Positions 37,330 to 49,775 of a stretch of 64,000 nt of DNA are shown here, in pieces. Location: the NCBI GenBank assembly GCA_031835245.2, contig JAVKOQ020000034.1:186001-250000 (forward strand), in the 5' to 3' direction. Each line of letters opens with the position of its first letter. Within the stretch, counting starts at the first letter, position 1. The stretch is from Balamuthia mandrillaris. Its lineage: Eukaryota. A model generated the notes under the pieces. That model worked only from the letters and a program-made list of their open reading frames with translations. It had not been told where the DNA came from and made no database searches. A program made the position numbers and the translations under genes.

Positions 37330-37922
37330 CCTTCGTTCTTATATCGTCTCGGCAATACAATATCACTTGTATGAAAGTGAAGAAAAATAACACACACAGA
37401 AACAAAAACAAACTTTGAAAGCCAACACTGGGAAGCGTGCGAAACGGTTGACCTCCACCAACCAAAAGACCCTTTTTCTCTGCTTCTTTTAAACCGTTAT
37501 GGACAAATATATTGTCCCCAGTGGTGGCAGCAGATGTTCTGGTTTGCGTAATGCATTACCCCGCGAGGAGATATAACAGGGCATATAATACGAACCAAAA
37601 GTTCGGCAGAACGGCACCATCTCAGGAAAAAGTTCGCCAACCGGCGAACATCCTGAGCATAAAGTGGAAAAAGTTCTTCACTATGTGATCTTCTGTTAAT
37701 GAATGAATTTACTTTCAACGAATGGCGTTCCTGCAGGTGTTTTATTATAGATTCACCGGTGGCCCTTCTTGCTGTTGAGTTACCCCGCTTAAAACGGACA
37801 TTTTGTTTTGGTTTTCAAAACCAAACACTTTTTTTTTGCTTACTTTCGTCCAGGAAAGGCAACAAAGAAGAGTCGAAAGAAAAAACAAACGCGAGCTGTA
37901 GAGTCAACAAAGCAGAAAGAAA

Positions 37923-39591
37923 ATGAACGATACCTCCTCGGCGTCAGCGAGCCAAGACATGTCCGCCACTCTGGTGGAGGCGGCCGACAATATGTGGCTG
38001 GTCGTCTGCGGCATTCTGATCTTCTTCATGCAGACGGGGTTCGCCATGTTGGAGGTCGGGAGCGTGCGCAACCAGTACTCCCGTAACATCTTGTTCAAGA
38101 ACACGCTGGACGTCTGCGTTGGAGCTGTTGTGTGGTATGCTGTTGGTTTCGGTTCGTTGGTCTTTTTTTTCAAAAAACCATTTTACTTCAACTGCAGTTG
38201 AAGAGTTTTCTGTTCGGTTCTGTTTTTTTTTGCTTAACGTTTGGCTTGTTTATAAAGCATTTGCGTATGGAGACGACCCCGAGAATAAGTTCATCGGCAA
38301 CAAATACTTTTTCCTTTCGGAGTACGAAGAGAGCAACTTTAGTTTTGGGTTTTGGTTCTTCCAGGTTTGTTTCCCTTCAGTTTCCGTTTGTTTTTTTCTC
38401 TTTAGTATGCCGTTTCTTTTCTGTCTTCAAACAACAACCGAAACGTCCTATAATATATAACATGTAACGCTTACTCTTGTGTTAATTGTTTGTTTCCTGT
38501 AAAACACCCAGTTTGCTTTTGCAGCAACAGCGGCAACCATTATCAGCGGGGCCGTGGCCGAAAGGCTTCGTTTTCCCGGTTACTTGGTCATCACGGCCGT
38601 CATGACGGGCTTCGTCTATCCCGTTGTTGCTCACTGTACGTTTTGTGTTGTTTAAGCACAGTTTTGGTTTCATGGATTCGTTGTTGAGCGTTCAACACCA
38701 ACAGGGATATGGTCCGAGGCAGGATGGCTGAACGCCAGCAGACCGGGTGGTAACGGCATTTGGGACACGGGGGTTGCTGACTTTGCTGGCTCTGGTACCG
38801 GCTTCTCTCTAGAGAAGTGAGAGAGAGAGAAGAGAAGAGAAGAGAAGAGAAGAGAAGAGAAGAGAAGAGAAGAGAAGAGAAGAGAAGAGAAGAGAAGAGA
38901 ACGATGAAGAGAACGATGAAGAGAACGATGAAGAGAACGATGAAGAGAACGATGAAGAGAAGAGAACGATGAAGAGAAGAGAAGAGAAGAGAAGAGGGGA
39001 GAGGAGAGGAGAGAACAGTTTCTTACATTTTTTTGAAACCTAAGCGGTCGTACACACGGTCGGTGGAACGGCTGCGTTGATATGCTCCTGGACGGTGGGC
39101 TACAGGGGTCAATACACGCCCAACAAACCTCGTTTCGAGAAGGTCAACGGCAAGTGGAACGTGAACGCGCTGCCCATCTACAACGAAACTCTGGTCATCT
39201 TGGGCGTCTTCATGTTGTGGTTTGGATGGTTTGTATCGCTTTCCTCCACTCGTTTCCTCCTTCTTCCATTTGTCGAGTGAGGAGTTTGACCCTTGTAATG
39301 CTTCTTCTATACAAACAGGTACGGCTTCAACTGTGGCTCCACGTTGGTTATCGTCGGCAAGGTGGAGGTGGTCGGCAGGGTGGCCATCAACACGACCATT
39401 TCCCCGGCCGTTTGCTCCTTGACCACCATTGTTCTCGGCCGTGTGTTGCTGCTGCGACTGCCCGCCGAGGAGCAGCACTTCTCCTTGAGCGACGGAGCGA
39501 ACGGTATCTTGGCGGGCCTCGTGGCCATCACCGCGGGATGTGCCTTTGTGGATCCTTGGGGTGCTCTCATCATTGGATGTATGTTCTTTCT

Positions 39592-39630
<39 letters not shown>

Positions 39631-39641
39631 CTCTCTCTCTG

Positions 39642-39676
<35 letters not shown>

Positions 39677-40395
39677 CTCTCTCTTTCTCACCTTTAACAA
39701 CAACAACTACAACAGTTTTGGCATCTTTTGTGTACAAGGGCTGCTCTGAGCTGCTGTTGAAGCTACGGATCGACGATCCGGTGGACGCCTTCCCGGTGCA
39801 CGCCGGCTGCGGCGTATGGGGCACCATCGCCAGCGCCTTGTTCGCCATGGAAGACAACGTGGAGGACGCCCTTTTCGCCGACAAGGACTTGGACGAGGAC
39901 GCTCAATACGGCCTCTTCATTGGGGTTTGTGCTCTCTCTCTTCTCCTCTCGATCTGTTCTTCAACAAACTGAACAACAAACAACGCAATGCTCTTCCTTA
40001 TGAACACGTAGGGCTCCTATCGAAGGATCGTGGTTCATTTGACGGCTCTCGTGGTCATCGTCGCGTGGACGGCCTTCTGGGTCTCCATTCTCTGCCTCGT
40101 CCTCTACTGGGGCGACCGCTTCCTTTCCAAGAGGCGGGGCAGCTCCTGGTTCATCGAGAAGGGAGAGGCGGCGGAGAGCTTGGGTTTCGGCTCCGCCGCC
40201 TCCTTCTTCAACCCTTCCATGGCCAAAGTGGGCGACGAGATGGGAGAGATGACGGTCGTCCCGGCCGCCACCGGCGGCAGCGACTTTAGAGGAGGTAAGA
40301 ACGCCTCCCCCAAACAACGAGCTGCGGAGGAGAGCAACAGCGAAGACGGAAGCAGCAGCAGCGACTACGACGATGAGTTTGATGGCGGCGTTTAA
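37923..40395 (+). CDS. amt: Ammonium transporter (Amt family)
   Basis: Motifs [72 protein letters not shown] and [15 protein letters not shown]. Confidence 0.96.
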
Positions 40396-40456
40396 AGCAC
40401 ACGCGAAACGAAGCAAGAAGTGTGGATAAAAAACTCGGTGTACTTTAAAAGTTTGG

Positions 40457-40497
<41 letters not shown>

Positions 40498-40515
40498 ACT
40501 GTGCGTCTCGGGTTT

Positions 40516-41285
40516 TTAGCTATCGCTGGCATCCCAGAGAGATAAAGGAATATCATCTTCTGGGTTCGTCCACCCTGGTGCTTTTGGAATGAATGAAGAA
40601 GAAGAATCGGCTACGGCTTGTTGTTGCAGCTGCTTAGCATTGGGCGGATGCCAAAGTTCCAACGCTCTAGCTTCGTTCCTGACCATTTTCGCGTCCACTT
40701 CTAAGCCAGCACGTCGCAGCGCTTCATGTGTTACGAAGTAGACGCCCTCACCGATTCCCATTGCTGCCAGTCGTTGTTTTCGTGCTGCAAAATCTTCTTC
40801 CGGCTGCTGCTGAAGGTGAGAAGGGCGCGCATGAGGTCGGAGTGCAGAACGAAAACGAGGCAGGTTTTGCTTGTCAGGGAGGAAAGCAGAGCTTTTCCAA
40901 CGGCCCACTTCCATTGCCCCCTCCAACCGTATTTGTTGATTATGCGGAAAGGGTCGGGAAAGCAACGCAGACACTGGTCCTGAGAAAGGATCGTTCCCTG
41001 CGCGTATGTTAAGGAACATGTTCATGCATATCCGGCCACAATGGTTTTGTTGCTCACTGTTGAGCAGCGCAGCATCTTCGCTGTGTGGGACGGTGCTTGA
41101 GAGTAGCATTGACATGAAGAGCGGATCATTTGCAGCAGTGGGAAGGTGTTGCTTCATGTGCAGATGGAGAAAGTGGCCGTGGCGAAGCGTTGTCAATGGA
41201 TGATGAATAGATCTCTGAACAGAAGCAGAAGAAGAAGAAGAAGAAGAAGAAGAAGAAGAAGAAGAAGAAGAAGAAGAAGAAGAAG

Positions 41286-41332
<47 letters not shown>

Positions 41333-43216
41333 GAAGAAGAAGATAGTGATGGAGCGCGCTGGTGATATCGGAAGGCGATGCTCATGAGACGGGTGTAGTT
41401 GCGGAGAAGTGGAGGTGCTCCCAACTCGGTAGCGATAAGAAAGAGTTGTTTAGCGATCTCCGGATCAGAACCTGGTTGAGAAAAAGCCCATCCCAAGGTA
41501 TGGCGCAAGCAATTTTCTACATAGTCACAAATGTTCAGCTTCTGCATCAACTGCCAAATCTTCAAGGCTTCCTCATTAAAGGACCGCTTGTACTTGTAAC
41601 AAGAGTATAGCAAGAAGTCGAAGACATCAGCGCCAGGAGCTATCCGAACTTCGAGCCAATCATAACCAAGCTTCTGCTGTATTGCTTTGTCTTCTTCTTT
41701 TTGGTTTTGTTCGTTGCTATCGTTGTCATGTTCTTCTCTTTCATGCTCGTCTTCATTTGCACATTCTTCGTAGTAGTTGTAGTTGGAGCTGCGGTGATAA
41801 ATGTTGGAAGAGCCGCTCATCAATACAGCTATAGCATTCAACGCGTCCTGAACCGAACGGGTTTGCCACGCACCAAAGGTCAACAAAAAGTGTTTGCGTT
41901 GAACTAAAGGAGAGCCGAATTCCATTTGATGCATCATGTTGAGGAGTGCAAGACTGTCGCCACGTCCCGCTTTGAGCGATAAGCGAAGGAGCATTGCAAA
42001 GGTTGCTTTGGATGGTCTCACTCGCTTTTCGGGCCAGTAGCGACAAAACATGGCCAACGTTTGATAGAGAAGTTGTCGGTTTTTGGTATTAGCAACTCGA
42101 GCCAAATTGACCATATCTATTTCTTCCACCACGGCGCCCCTCGCATTTTCCAGAGCTTCATCTCCATCTGAAGTAGATAAAAGAAGCGAAGGACGAGCAG
42201 CCAGTTCCTTTCGGAGGAAGAGCAACCCTTTACTAGGCTGGTTGGCAGAGGCATAACTATCCAACAACAGCCGCGACATCACATGATTCCTCTCCTCCGG
42301 GCTGGTGACCTGCAACACCGCTTCTGCCACGTCATGCACCAGGTCCAGCCGCTTCGGTCTCATCCTACCGTGTCCCATTTGCTTGCCGCCATTGATGCAC
42401 TTCTTCAAAAAGGGCAGCAGCAAAGCTTTGATGTCGTGATCGTGAGTCTTGTCCGCCAGCCAAGGCACCAGCGCCTTGATGAGCTCCGCTGTGGCCTCCA
42501 AGGGCTCCGTCTCGGAGCTAACCCGAATGAGCTCCTTGATGAGGTGAGAGGAGGGAGGCACCAGGACAGCAGGGTTGTTGCGCATGGCCTCCAGAATGTA
42601 TCTCACAGGAGTCATCTCCTCGTTCTGAATGCAGGCTCGCAGGAGGGCGTCCATGACCAACCCGCCGGGCTCATAGTTGTTGGTTTGCATCCAGATGAAG
42701 ACCTGGAAGCAGCGGTCCAGGCGCTGGCCCTCAGCGCAGGCGTCGATCAGCGAGCAGAAGGTGGACTGTTGGAGGGGCTGATGGGCCTCGCAGAGTCTCT
42801 CGCAGAGCTGCATGGCTTCATCCAACTTGCCTTGCATCGCCAAAGACACGATCCTCAGCTCTCCTCCTGCTTCTGCTGCTGTTCGTTTTTTTTTTTTTTG
42901 ATTTTGTCGGGGAGTGAGCGAAAAAGCATCGTGATGACAATAATGGTCATGCAGGCAAGTTACCTTTGCTTGGCTCAAAGTCACTCCTTCCCTCTCCCAT
43001 GGTGGGGGAGGTGGAGGAATAAAACAGAGAGGAGGAGGGAGTGAGAGGAGAAAGGCCGCCGCGTAGCGAGAAGAACGGAGGCTGGAACGGTGCGACGTGA
43101 ACGGAAGCCCTCGGGGTACGTTCGCACCACCACGCTACCGCAGGGTTGCGCGGCCTCCACGGGGTCCACTCTGGCGTTCGGAAGCGAAGAGAAGGGAGGC
43201 GCCGGCAGCTCCTCAT
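40516..43216 (-). CDS. Pentatricopeptide-repeat-like protein, probably mitochondrial
   Basis: PPR-like units TFCSLIDACAEGQRLDRCFQVFIWMQTNNYEP and MDALLRAC... An Arg-rich presequence-like first exon, with one intron at ~42880-42963. Confidence 0.7.
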
Positions 43217-43247
43217 CTTTTGCTTTTTCTTTCTTCTCCGTTTATTA

Positions 43248-43278
43248 TTTCGTGACGACACGATAAATTGTCGACAAA
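43248..43278 (-). promoter_or_regulatory. Candidate bipartite promoter motif TTTGTCGACAA-N7-TGTCGTCACGAAA
   Basis: About 30 bp upstream of the PPR ATG. A near-identical copy lies at 47605-47634. Confidence 0.55.
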
Positions 43279-43408
43279 AGGACTCGACCTATTAGATTAA
43301 GCAAAGGGCTAACAACCTAATATCCAGGGATTTTTTTATTATTTTATTTTTATTTTATTTTTATTTATTTTTATTTGTTTTATTTGTTTTATTGTTTTAT
43401 TATTTCAG

Positions 43409-46400
43409 TTATGAAGGCACTAGATGAAGGGAATGGCGGACAGGATAATCCTTTGTCCTCATAGGGATGAACTCGACGCTGTTCCACATGTCGAGGTAGT
43501 CGTCGTAGTGAGAGGAGTAGAGGTTGCCCGATTGACCCATTGGGTGAATGAACAGAGAGGATTCCACATCCTCCATGTCCACTATCTATCTCAAACAAAA
43601 GTATGTGTGTGTGTGAGAGAGAAGAGAGAAGAGAGAAGAGAGAAGAGAAGAGAGAAGAGAGAAGAGAGAAGAGAAGAGAGAAGAGAGAAGAGAGAAGAGA
43701 GAAGAGAGAAGAGAAGAGAAGAGAAGAGAGAAGAGAGAAGAGAAAAGAGAGAAGAGAAAAGAGAGAGGAGAGAGAGAGAAGATTGGGCAAAAAGATGAAG
43801 AGAAAGAGAGGGAGAGAGATGTACCTGTCTGTAAGAGGGACCATCAGTCATTGGAAAACCTGCACGAATGCCGCTCTCCTTGTTGCCGTCAAAGCCCCAC
43901 CCGCCAACATCGACTGTGTACTCATCTCCTCCTCTCTTCCTCTCCCTTCGGAACAGACAGCCCAGGGGAGTGTCTTGCAGCAGTTGATGCTCAAAGATGA
44001 CCGGATGAACTTCTCCCCAAGCGCCATTTGGTTGAGAAGAAGAAGAGGAAGAAGGGATGAGGAAGTCGATGGTCTCAATGAACTTATCTTCCGCAAACTT
44101 TGTACATGCATCATCTTTCCTTAATTCGTCTTTGAGAGAAGAAGGAGAAGAAGAAGGAGAAGTAGATGGAGAAGGTGATGGAGATGAGGAGGACGTATGT
44201 GCAGGAGGAGCATCAGTAGGAAAAAGGCAATTTGGATCAGGGGAAGAGCTATTGAAGAAAACGTTTATGAGGTAGGTTGGGTTGCTCCAGTAACCTGTTC
44301 CTGTTTCTTTGCCAGCCAAAGTTCGGAGTTCTCTAAACCTATTTTGAAAAAGAACAATAAGCGACAGAAATAGAGAACGATAAAAAGCAGTGAAAAAGAC
44401 TAAGTTACCAAGTTTCAAAGACTCGCGCTTCATAAGAATCGACCGCTGCATCTCCATTCCACTCCAACAATCTTTGCTGCCAGTGAGAGTAAAGCATACC
44501 ACGAGATGTGTTGGTACTATCAAACGTCATTCTACGAATAAGCGGCGTCATCTGGGAATGTAGAAGAGTTACTGTATCTGCTAGCATTCTTTTCATGGTC
44601 TCTCTTGTGTGGTTCGATTCAGAGACTATCAGGTCTTTGATGCGTTGTGCTCTTCCAAAAGAGTTAATGTTGTGAAAGTGGTATGAAGGAGAACGAGGAG
44701 AAAGACGATAACACAAATACCAACAAAAGTAGAAACAAAGAGCAGGAATTATTGAGTGAGAGAGAGAGCTAGAAAGAAACCAAACCTATAAATTGGTTCC
44801 CAATCAGGATCAGCAAGAATAAGATGCGGATAATCATCATCTGTAACTTTGTTGTTGGCGCTGACGATGAATCCATCTTTGGGATTGAGCACAGCGGGAA
44901 GTTCATCGAAAGGAATATAGTCTACCCATTCCGAGAGTGAAGTGTTGCTGCGTTGAGGATAGATTCCAGAGTTGTTTTTAGGGCGAATGGGTATAACGCC
45001 AGTGCATTGGTATCCGATGTTGCCCTCTCGATCGGCATAGACGAGATTGGAAGAAGGTACTACAAGTTTTTGTAAGCTCTCACGAAACTCTTTCCAATTT
45101 GTGGCCGTGTTTATTCCCCAGAAAGCTTCCATGCTGAAGGCGCAAGAAGCCAATATTCAGGGAAAAATAGGAGAGAGGGAGAGAGGATGACTCTTGCCTT
45201 GTATCAGTGCTATTAAGGGCAACCCAGCGTAGAGCCATGGCCGGAGGAATTTGTTTAAAAGAGTAGATCTCAGGGGGCATAAAGTCCGTAAAAACAGGGC
45301 CGACCACCGTAGTTCTGTACTCAAACGTCACATCCTTGCCGTCCTTCACTCGAATGACCTCCTTCTTATGCTCATAAGCTCTCCATGTGCCATGCAACCA
45401 GTATCCCTTTGTTGATATTTCTTCTTCGTCCAAAATGTAAACGTCCTCCACATCCGCTCCAACATTGGTGATGCCCCAAGCAATGTGTTGATTGCGCCCG
45501 AGGATGAGACCAGGAACACCAGCCAACGAAGCTCCAATCACGCTAAGTTCGGGACTGTGTAGGTGGACGAGCATCCAGAGAGAGGGCGTCATGAGAGGAA
45601 GATGAGGATCGTTGGTAAGAATGGGCTTTCCTGAAGCTGTTCGGGAGCCGTGGAGCACCCAATTGTTGGAAGCGCGCGGATGATACCATCTGCGTACTAA
45701 CTGTTTCAAATGAGGAAAGCGAGAGAATAGAGTTGGTTTTTGCATTTGTGTCTCGTTTAGCTTGTTCGGTATTGTTGATGATGAACTGGGCTTGTCATTG
45801 TTGTTGTGCCGGGTTGATATCCGTTGTTGATTTGCTCGAGCGTTGGACGAAGACAAAGAAGTATTAGTAGGAGGAGAAATGAGTTCGTCTGAGCGAACAA
45901 TGACGATGCCATCTTTTGGATATGGCGGCCAAAGTTGGGATATTCTTTCATGAGAGATTCCATCCTCCTCATGCAGCACATATCTATCCAGTTCTTGGAA
46001 GAAATTCATGGCGAGGTCGAAGGACATCATCTTGGCCCACACTAGAATGTCTTCTGGCCGCCAGTCCTCCGGTTCGTGCTGCAGTAAGACGAACTCGAGT
46101 GGCAGTGGCGGATTGGTTGCTAGATAGCTATTGATACCCTGTTGTATGTTTAATAGCATTAAAATTTTGCACTGAAAGACTGTAAAGGAAGGAACGGCAC
46201 TGAGAGGAAGAGGTGAAAGAGGAAAAGAAAACGTCGAGATATACCTCACAATAGGCATCCACTGCCAAGCGAGTAGGAGAGGAAGGGTCCATTGCATCAT
46301 AAGCCTCCTTTGCAGCCTTGTACACTCCCAACCCACGGAACCACTTATCCAAAAATACGCCGTCTGCACCAACTAACTCAGAGAGCCGACCGCTAGCAAT

Positions 46401-47592
46401 CCTCCGCTGAAATTCCATCTGCCACAGTCTTTCCTGGGCCGTTACCTGTGAACAGGGAAGCAAGATAGTTAGACAGGAGAGAAGCGAGAAGCGAGAGAAG
46501 CAGAGATAAATGTGCGAAGAGAGAACGAAACATTAAATAAAGAGAACGAGAAGAAGAAAGGCAGAGAATAGATAACAAACAAGAGAGAGAAGAACAAGAG
46601 ACTAGGAAAAAAAGTTTTAAAAAAGAGTGACAACATACCACTCCTTGAGCAAACAACCCGTCGTGCACGTTCTGAGCGAAGATATGAATCATGCCATTTG
46701 GCTCTCGCTCCACAGTAACCCCATCTGGATGAAGCAAACCAGGAAGGTGCCACCGCCCTTCTACCCTGTCGGGAAGGGTGTTGGCGTGAAGGTAAAGCAA
46801 AGCCGACAGGACCACCAGCAGTAAGAGGCTCATGGTCACCGCCACCGTCATCGAGGCGCACCAAAGGCTGCACAGCCGCTTGGACGATGCTACGACAGCG
46901 AGCGAGCAACTTTGTCTCTGTTTACTTGAGCCCTGCTCTTTCTCTTCGAGCAAATGAAAAGAAGAAGAAGAAGAAGAGGAAGAGGCAAGGAGGAGCTCTT
47001 GTTCTTGCTGCCGTAGAGGAGGTGAACCAAAAGTGTGCATCTCTATCGTGCGTTCGTCTTCTTCGCCTCCTTCTACCGCGTTGAAAGCAAGCAAGAAGCG
47101 CTCCCTTGTGCTTCCACCTTTCCAAACGCGCAAAAGCAAAAAGCCCATCACCCCATTTTGATGCTTGAGCTCTCTCCACAACCACCAGAGGAGAAGAGCA
47201 AGCAGCAAGAGAGCGGTAAGGCCAGCCGCCAGCGCCGCAACCCTGGACAGAGGCTCACACCGAACAAGGCCCCAAGAGGACCACGCAACGTACCGCAGGA
47301 ACAAAGCGGACTCGATCAACATCGAGAGGAGCGCCAACAGAGTGAAAGCGCTGTAGAACAAAAGTAGCGGACCTTGTGGCACAAGCGAGCTTTTTGCTGG
47401 AGTTGGACTCAGTTGGAAAGGTTGTTGGTGTAGTTGGTGATGCGTTTCTTCCTCTGCTTCTTGAAAGTCATCCATTCGCTGCACCCCCAAGGAGGAGTCC
47501 TTTTCAAAAAGGGCGCCAGCCTCTGCCTCCTCCTCCCCTGTCTTCATCTTTTGGGCTTTGATTTTTTTCTTGCTGATGATTCGTGTCATCAT
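43409..47592 (-). CDS. Penicillin acylase / AHL acylase family (peptidase S45, Ntn hydrolase) with N-terminal TM helices; start at 47592 or 47547
   Basis: Motifs GMIHIFA..DGLFAQG.VTAQERLWQME..RRIASGRLSE, beta-subunit start ASNNWV..SGKPILTNDPHL, NLVYADREGNIGY, NPKDGFIVSANN and GQSGNLYSSHYDD. Confidence 0.93.
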
Positions 47593-47604
47593 GGTATCAA
47601 CAAA

Positions 47605-47634
47605 TTTCGTGACGACATGATCATTGTCGACAAA
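47605..47634 (-). promoter_or_regulatory. Candidate bipartite promoter motif TTTGTCGACAA-N6-TGTCGTCACGAAA
   Basis: Immediately upstream of the S45 acylase ATGs. Same motif as at 43248-43278. Confidence 0.55.
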
Positions 47635-47659
47635 ACTTATGTTCTGTGTCGTCATGGTT

Positions 47660-48348
47660 GGTATTTTGGGGCCATCCATTCCCATCAGGAGGCCCAACTT
47701 GGCTGCATAGGCGCATGTGGTTTCATCCCAAGGGCATCCGTTCTCTCTGGCCCATTTCAACACTTCCAAATGCCCGTTCCCTGCGGCCTTGGCACAGGTC
47801 CACCTGTCCCAAGGGCATCCGTTGGCTCTCGCCCATTGCAAAGCCGCCAGATTTCCATTACCGGCGGCCCACTTGGTGGTGTATTCATCCCAAGGACAGC
47901 CATTCGCTCTCGCCCATTTTAACACTTCCAAATGACCTCTGCTTGCAGCATAGGCACAGGTGCTCTCCGTGCAAGGACAGCCATTCGCCCTCGCCCATTT
48001 TAACATCGCCAAATGGCCGTTCTTTGCAGCATAGGCACAGGTGCTCTCTATCCAAGGACAGCCATTCGCTCTCGCCCATTGTAGCACTTCCAAATGACCG
48101 TTCTCAGCTGCCAACATGCAAGTTCGCTCGTTCCAAGGGAATCCATTTGCTCTCGCCCATTGCAGCACCGCCAAGTGACCGCCCAAGGCAGCGTAGGAAC
48201 AGGTCATCTCGTTCCAAGGGCATCCATTCACTCTTGCCCATTTTACTATCTCCAAACACCCTTGGTAAGCGGAGAGTGAACTCTTGCCGCATAATTCTTG
48301 GGGCTCATTATAATAATTAAACATTACGTGACGAAGAATGGGTACCAC
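47660..48348 (-). pseudogene. Intronless CPW-type ankyrin-repeat cassette (copy 2), about seven 27-aa repeats, truncated
   Basis: Repeats of GHLEVLQWARANGCPWxExTCAYAA. The degenerate F-box-like upstream segment is out of frame, and the last repeat is broken. Confidence 0.75.
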
Positions 48349-48451
48349 ATGCGGGGCAGAAAGAAAAAGTTGTCTTCGGCTGCCTCCTCCCTGAAGGCCT
48401 TGCTAAAGCCTGGTAGTGTCTGTCTTTACAAAGGAATGGCCTTGCAGTCAT

Positions 48452-49735
48452 TTAGATGGTGCACCGCCGAACAATGTCTTGGAAGAGAGTTGGCTCTACT
48501 TGGGTTGCCATTAGCCCTGCAATAAAGTCTTGTTCTGTTACCCGCTTGTTATCTTCCTCGTTTAGCTGCATAAAAGGTGAGATTCTGTGATAGTGCGAAA
48601 GGGAAGGAGCAACATAAACTCAAGAGCGAAGAGACTACCAGCACAAAAAAGCCAGCAAGCTCTGGGAAACCGACATTAAGCTTCACATTACCAGGCGAAG
48701 TTACTTGAGGAAGCCGTGGAAATAAGAAAACTCTTCAACCAGGTAGAAGGAGAGTTAAATGTGAAGAGCGAGAGCGAGAAAGAGAGTCCAGAGATAAGAA
48801 GAAGACCCACAGAAGTTTGAAAGAGGCGAGACGGGGAAAGCGAGAGAACCTTTGAGCCTTTGGCGAAAAGAACAGATTGTGGGGAATGTTCTGATCTAAC
48901 AGATATTGTACACAGATAAAAATCTGTTCTACAAAAGGCGACACCGAACTGCTTTTCTGATCCCTTTTGAACACTATCGCCGATGCGGGAAAGTCTGTTT
49001 GGTTGAATAAAAAGATTACATTGGTTAGCAGTTGTTGTTGGTTTGAAAATAACAGAAGAGCTGACGTTCTAAAATAGAAACCGTGAAGAATCCATGACGA
49101 TGGTTGATGTCCTTTGTCAATGCTCGTTCGACAGGGAACTGAAAGTTTGGTGGATCAAAGTAGAAGGTTTGAAGGTGGAGGTGGTTCACTGATGCTCCTC
49201 CTTTGTTAAGGCGGTTAACTATCAGATAAAGAAGGGTAGAAGAAAGACGTAGAAACCTTCCAAACTATTATACCCAACACGTAGGCCTTTGTCACTTAGG
49301 AGAGAAAGATAGAGTCCTGCTTCAATGGCCTCCATACTTAAAACCTTATTCCGAAGATCAAGAAGAAGAAGAAAAAGAAGAAGAAGAAGAAGAAGAAGAA
49401 GAAGAAGAAGAAGAAGAAGAAGAAGAAGAAGAAGAAGAAGAAGAAGAAGAAGAAGAAGAATGACAACAGTGACAACTTTAACAAGAACACAACTTCGAGA
49501 ACAAGATGAAAGTTTTGAGGAAGAGTTTAATTTACCTGTGGTAAGTTTTGATACGGGCGAACAACCAACGCGGATGCAAAAGCGGTCCAAGGATAAACAT
49601 TTGCAAATAGAGAAGCCAGTGGGGCAATGGAAGAGTTATGTTCACTTGAGTACCCCACTCCACAATCAAGCAATAAGCTTGAATCTACTGATAGCGTGAA
49701 CATGGTGACACGACGGTTGAGGCAGATAGAGAAAC

Positions 49736-49775
<40 letters not shown>

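Noticed and set aside
46393..48348. Apparent ankyrin-penicillin acylase fusion ORF (651 aa)
   Set aside because: The linker contains the bipartite promoter-like motif seen upstream of the PPR gene plus an A-rich leader. This fits a truncated ankyrin copy that happens to read in frame through the acylase promoter. A true fusion is not excluded without cDNA.
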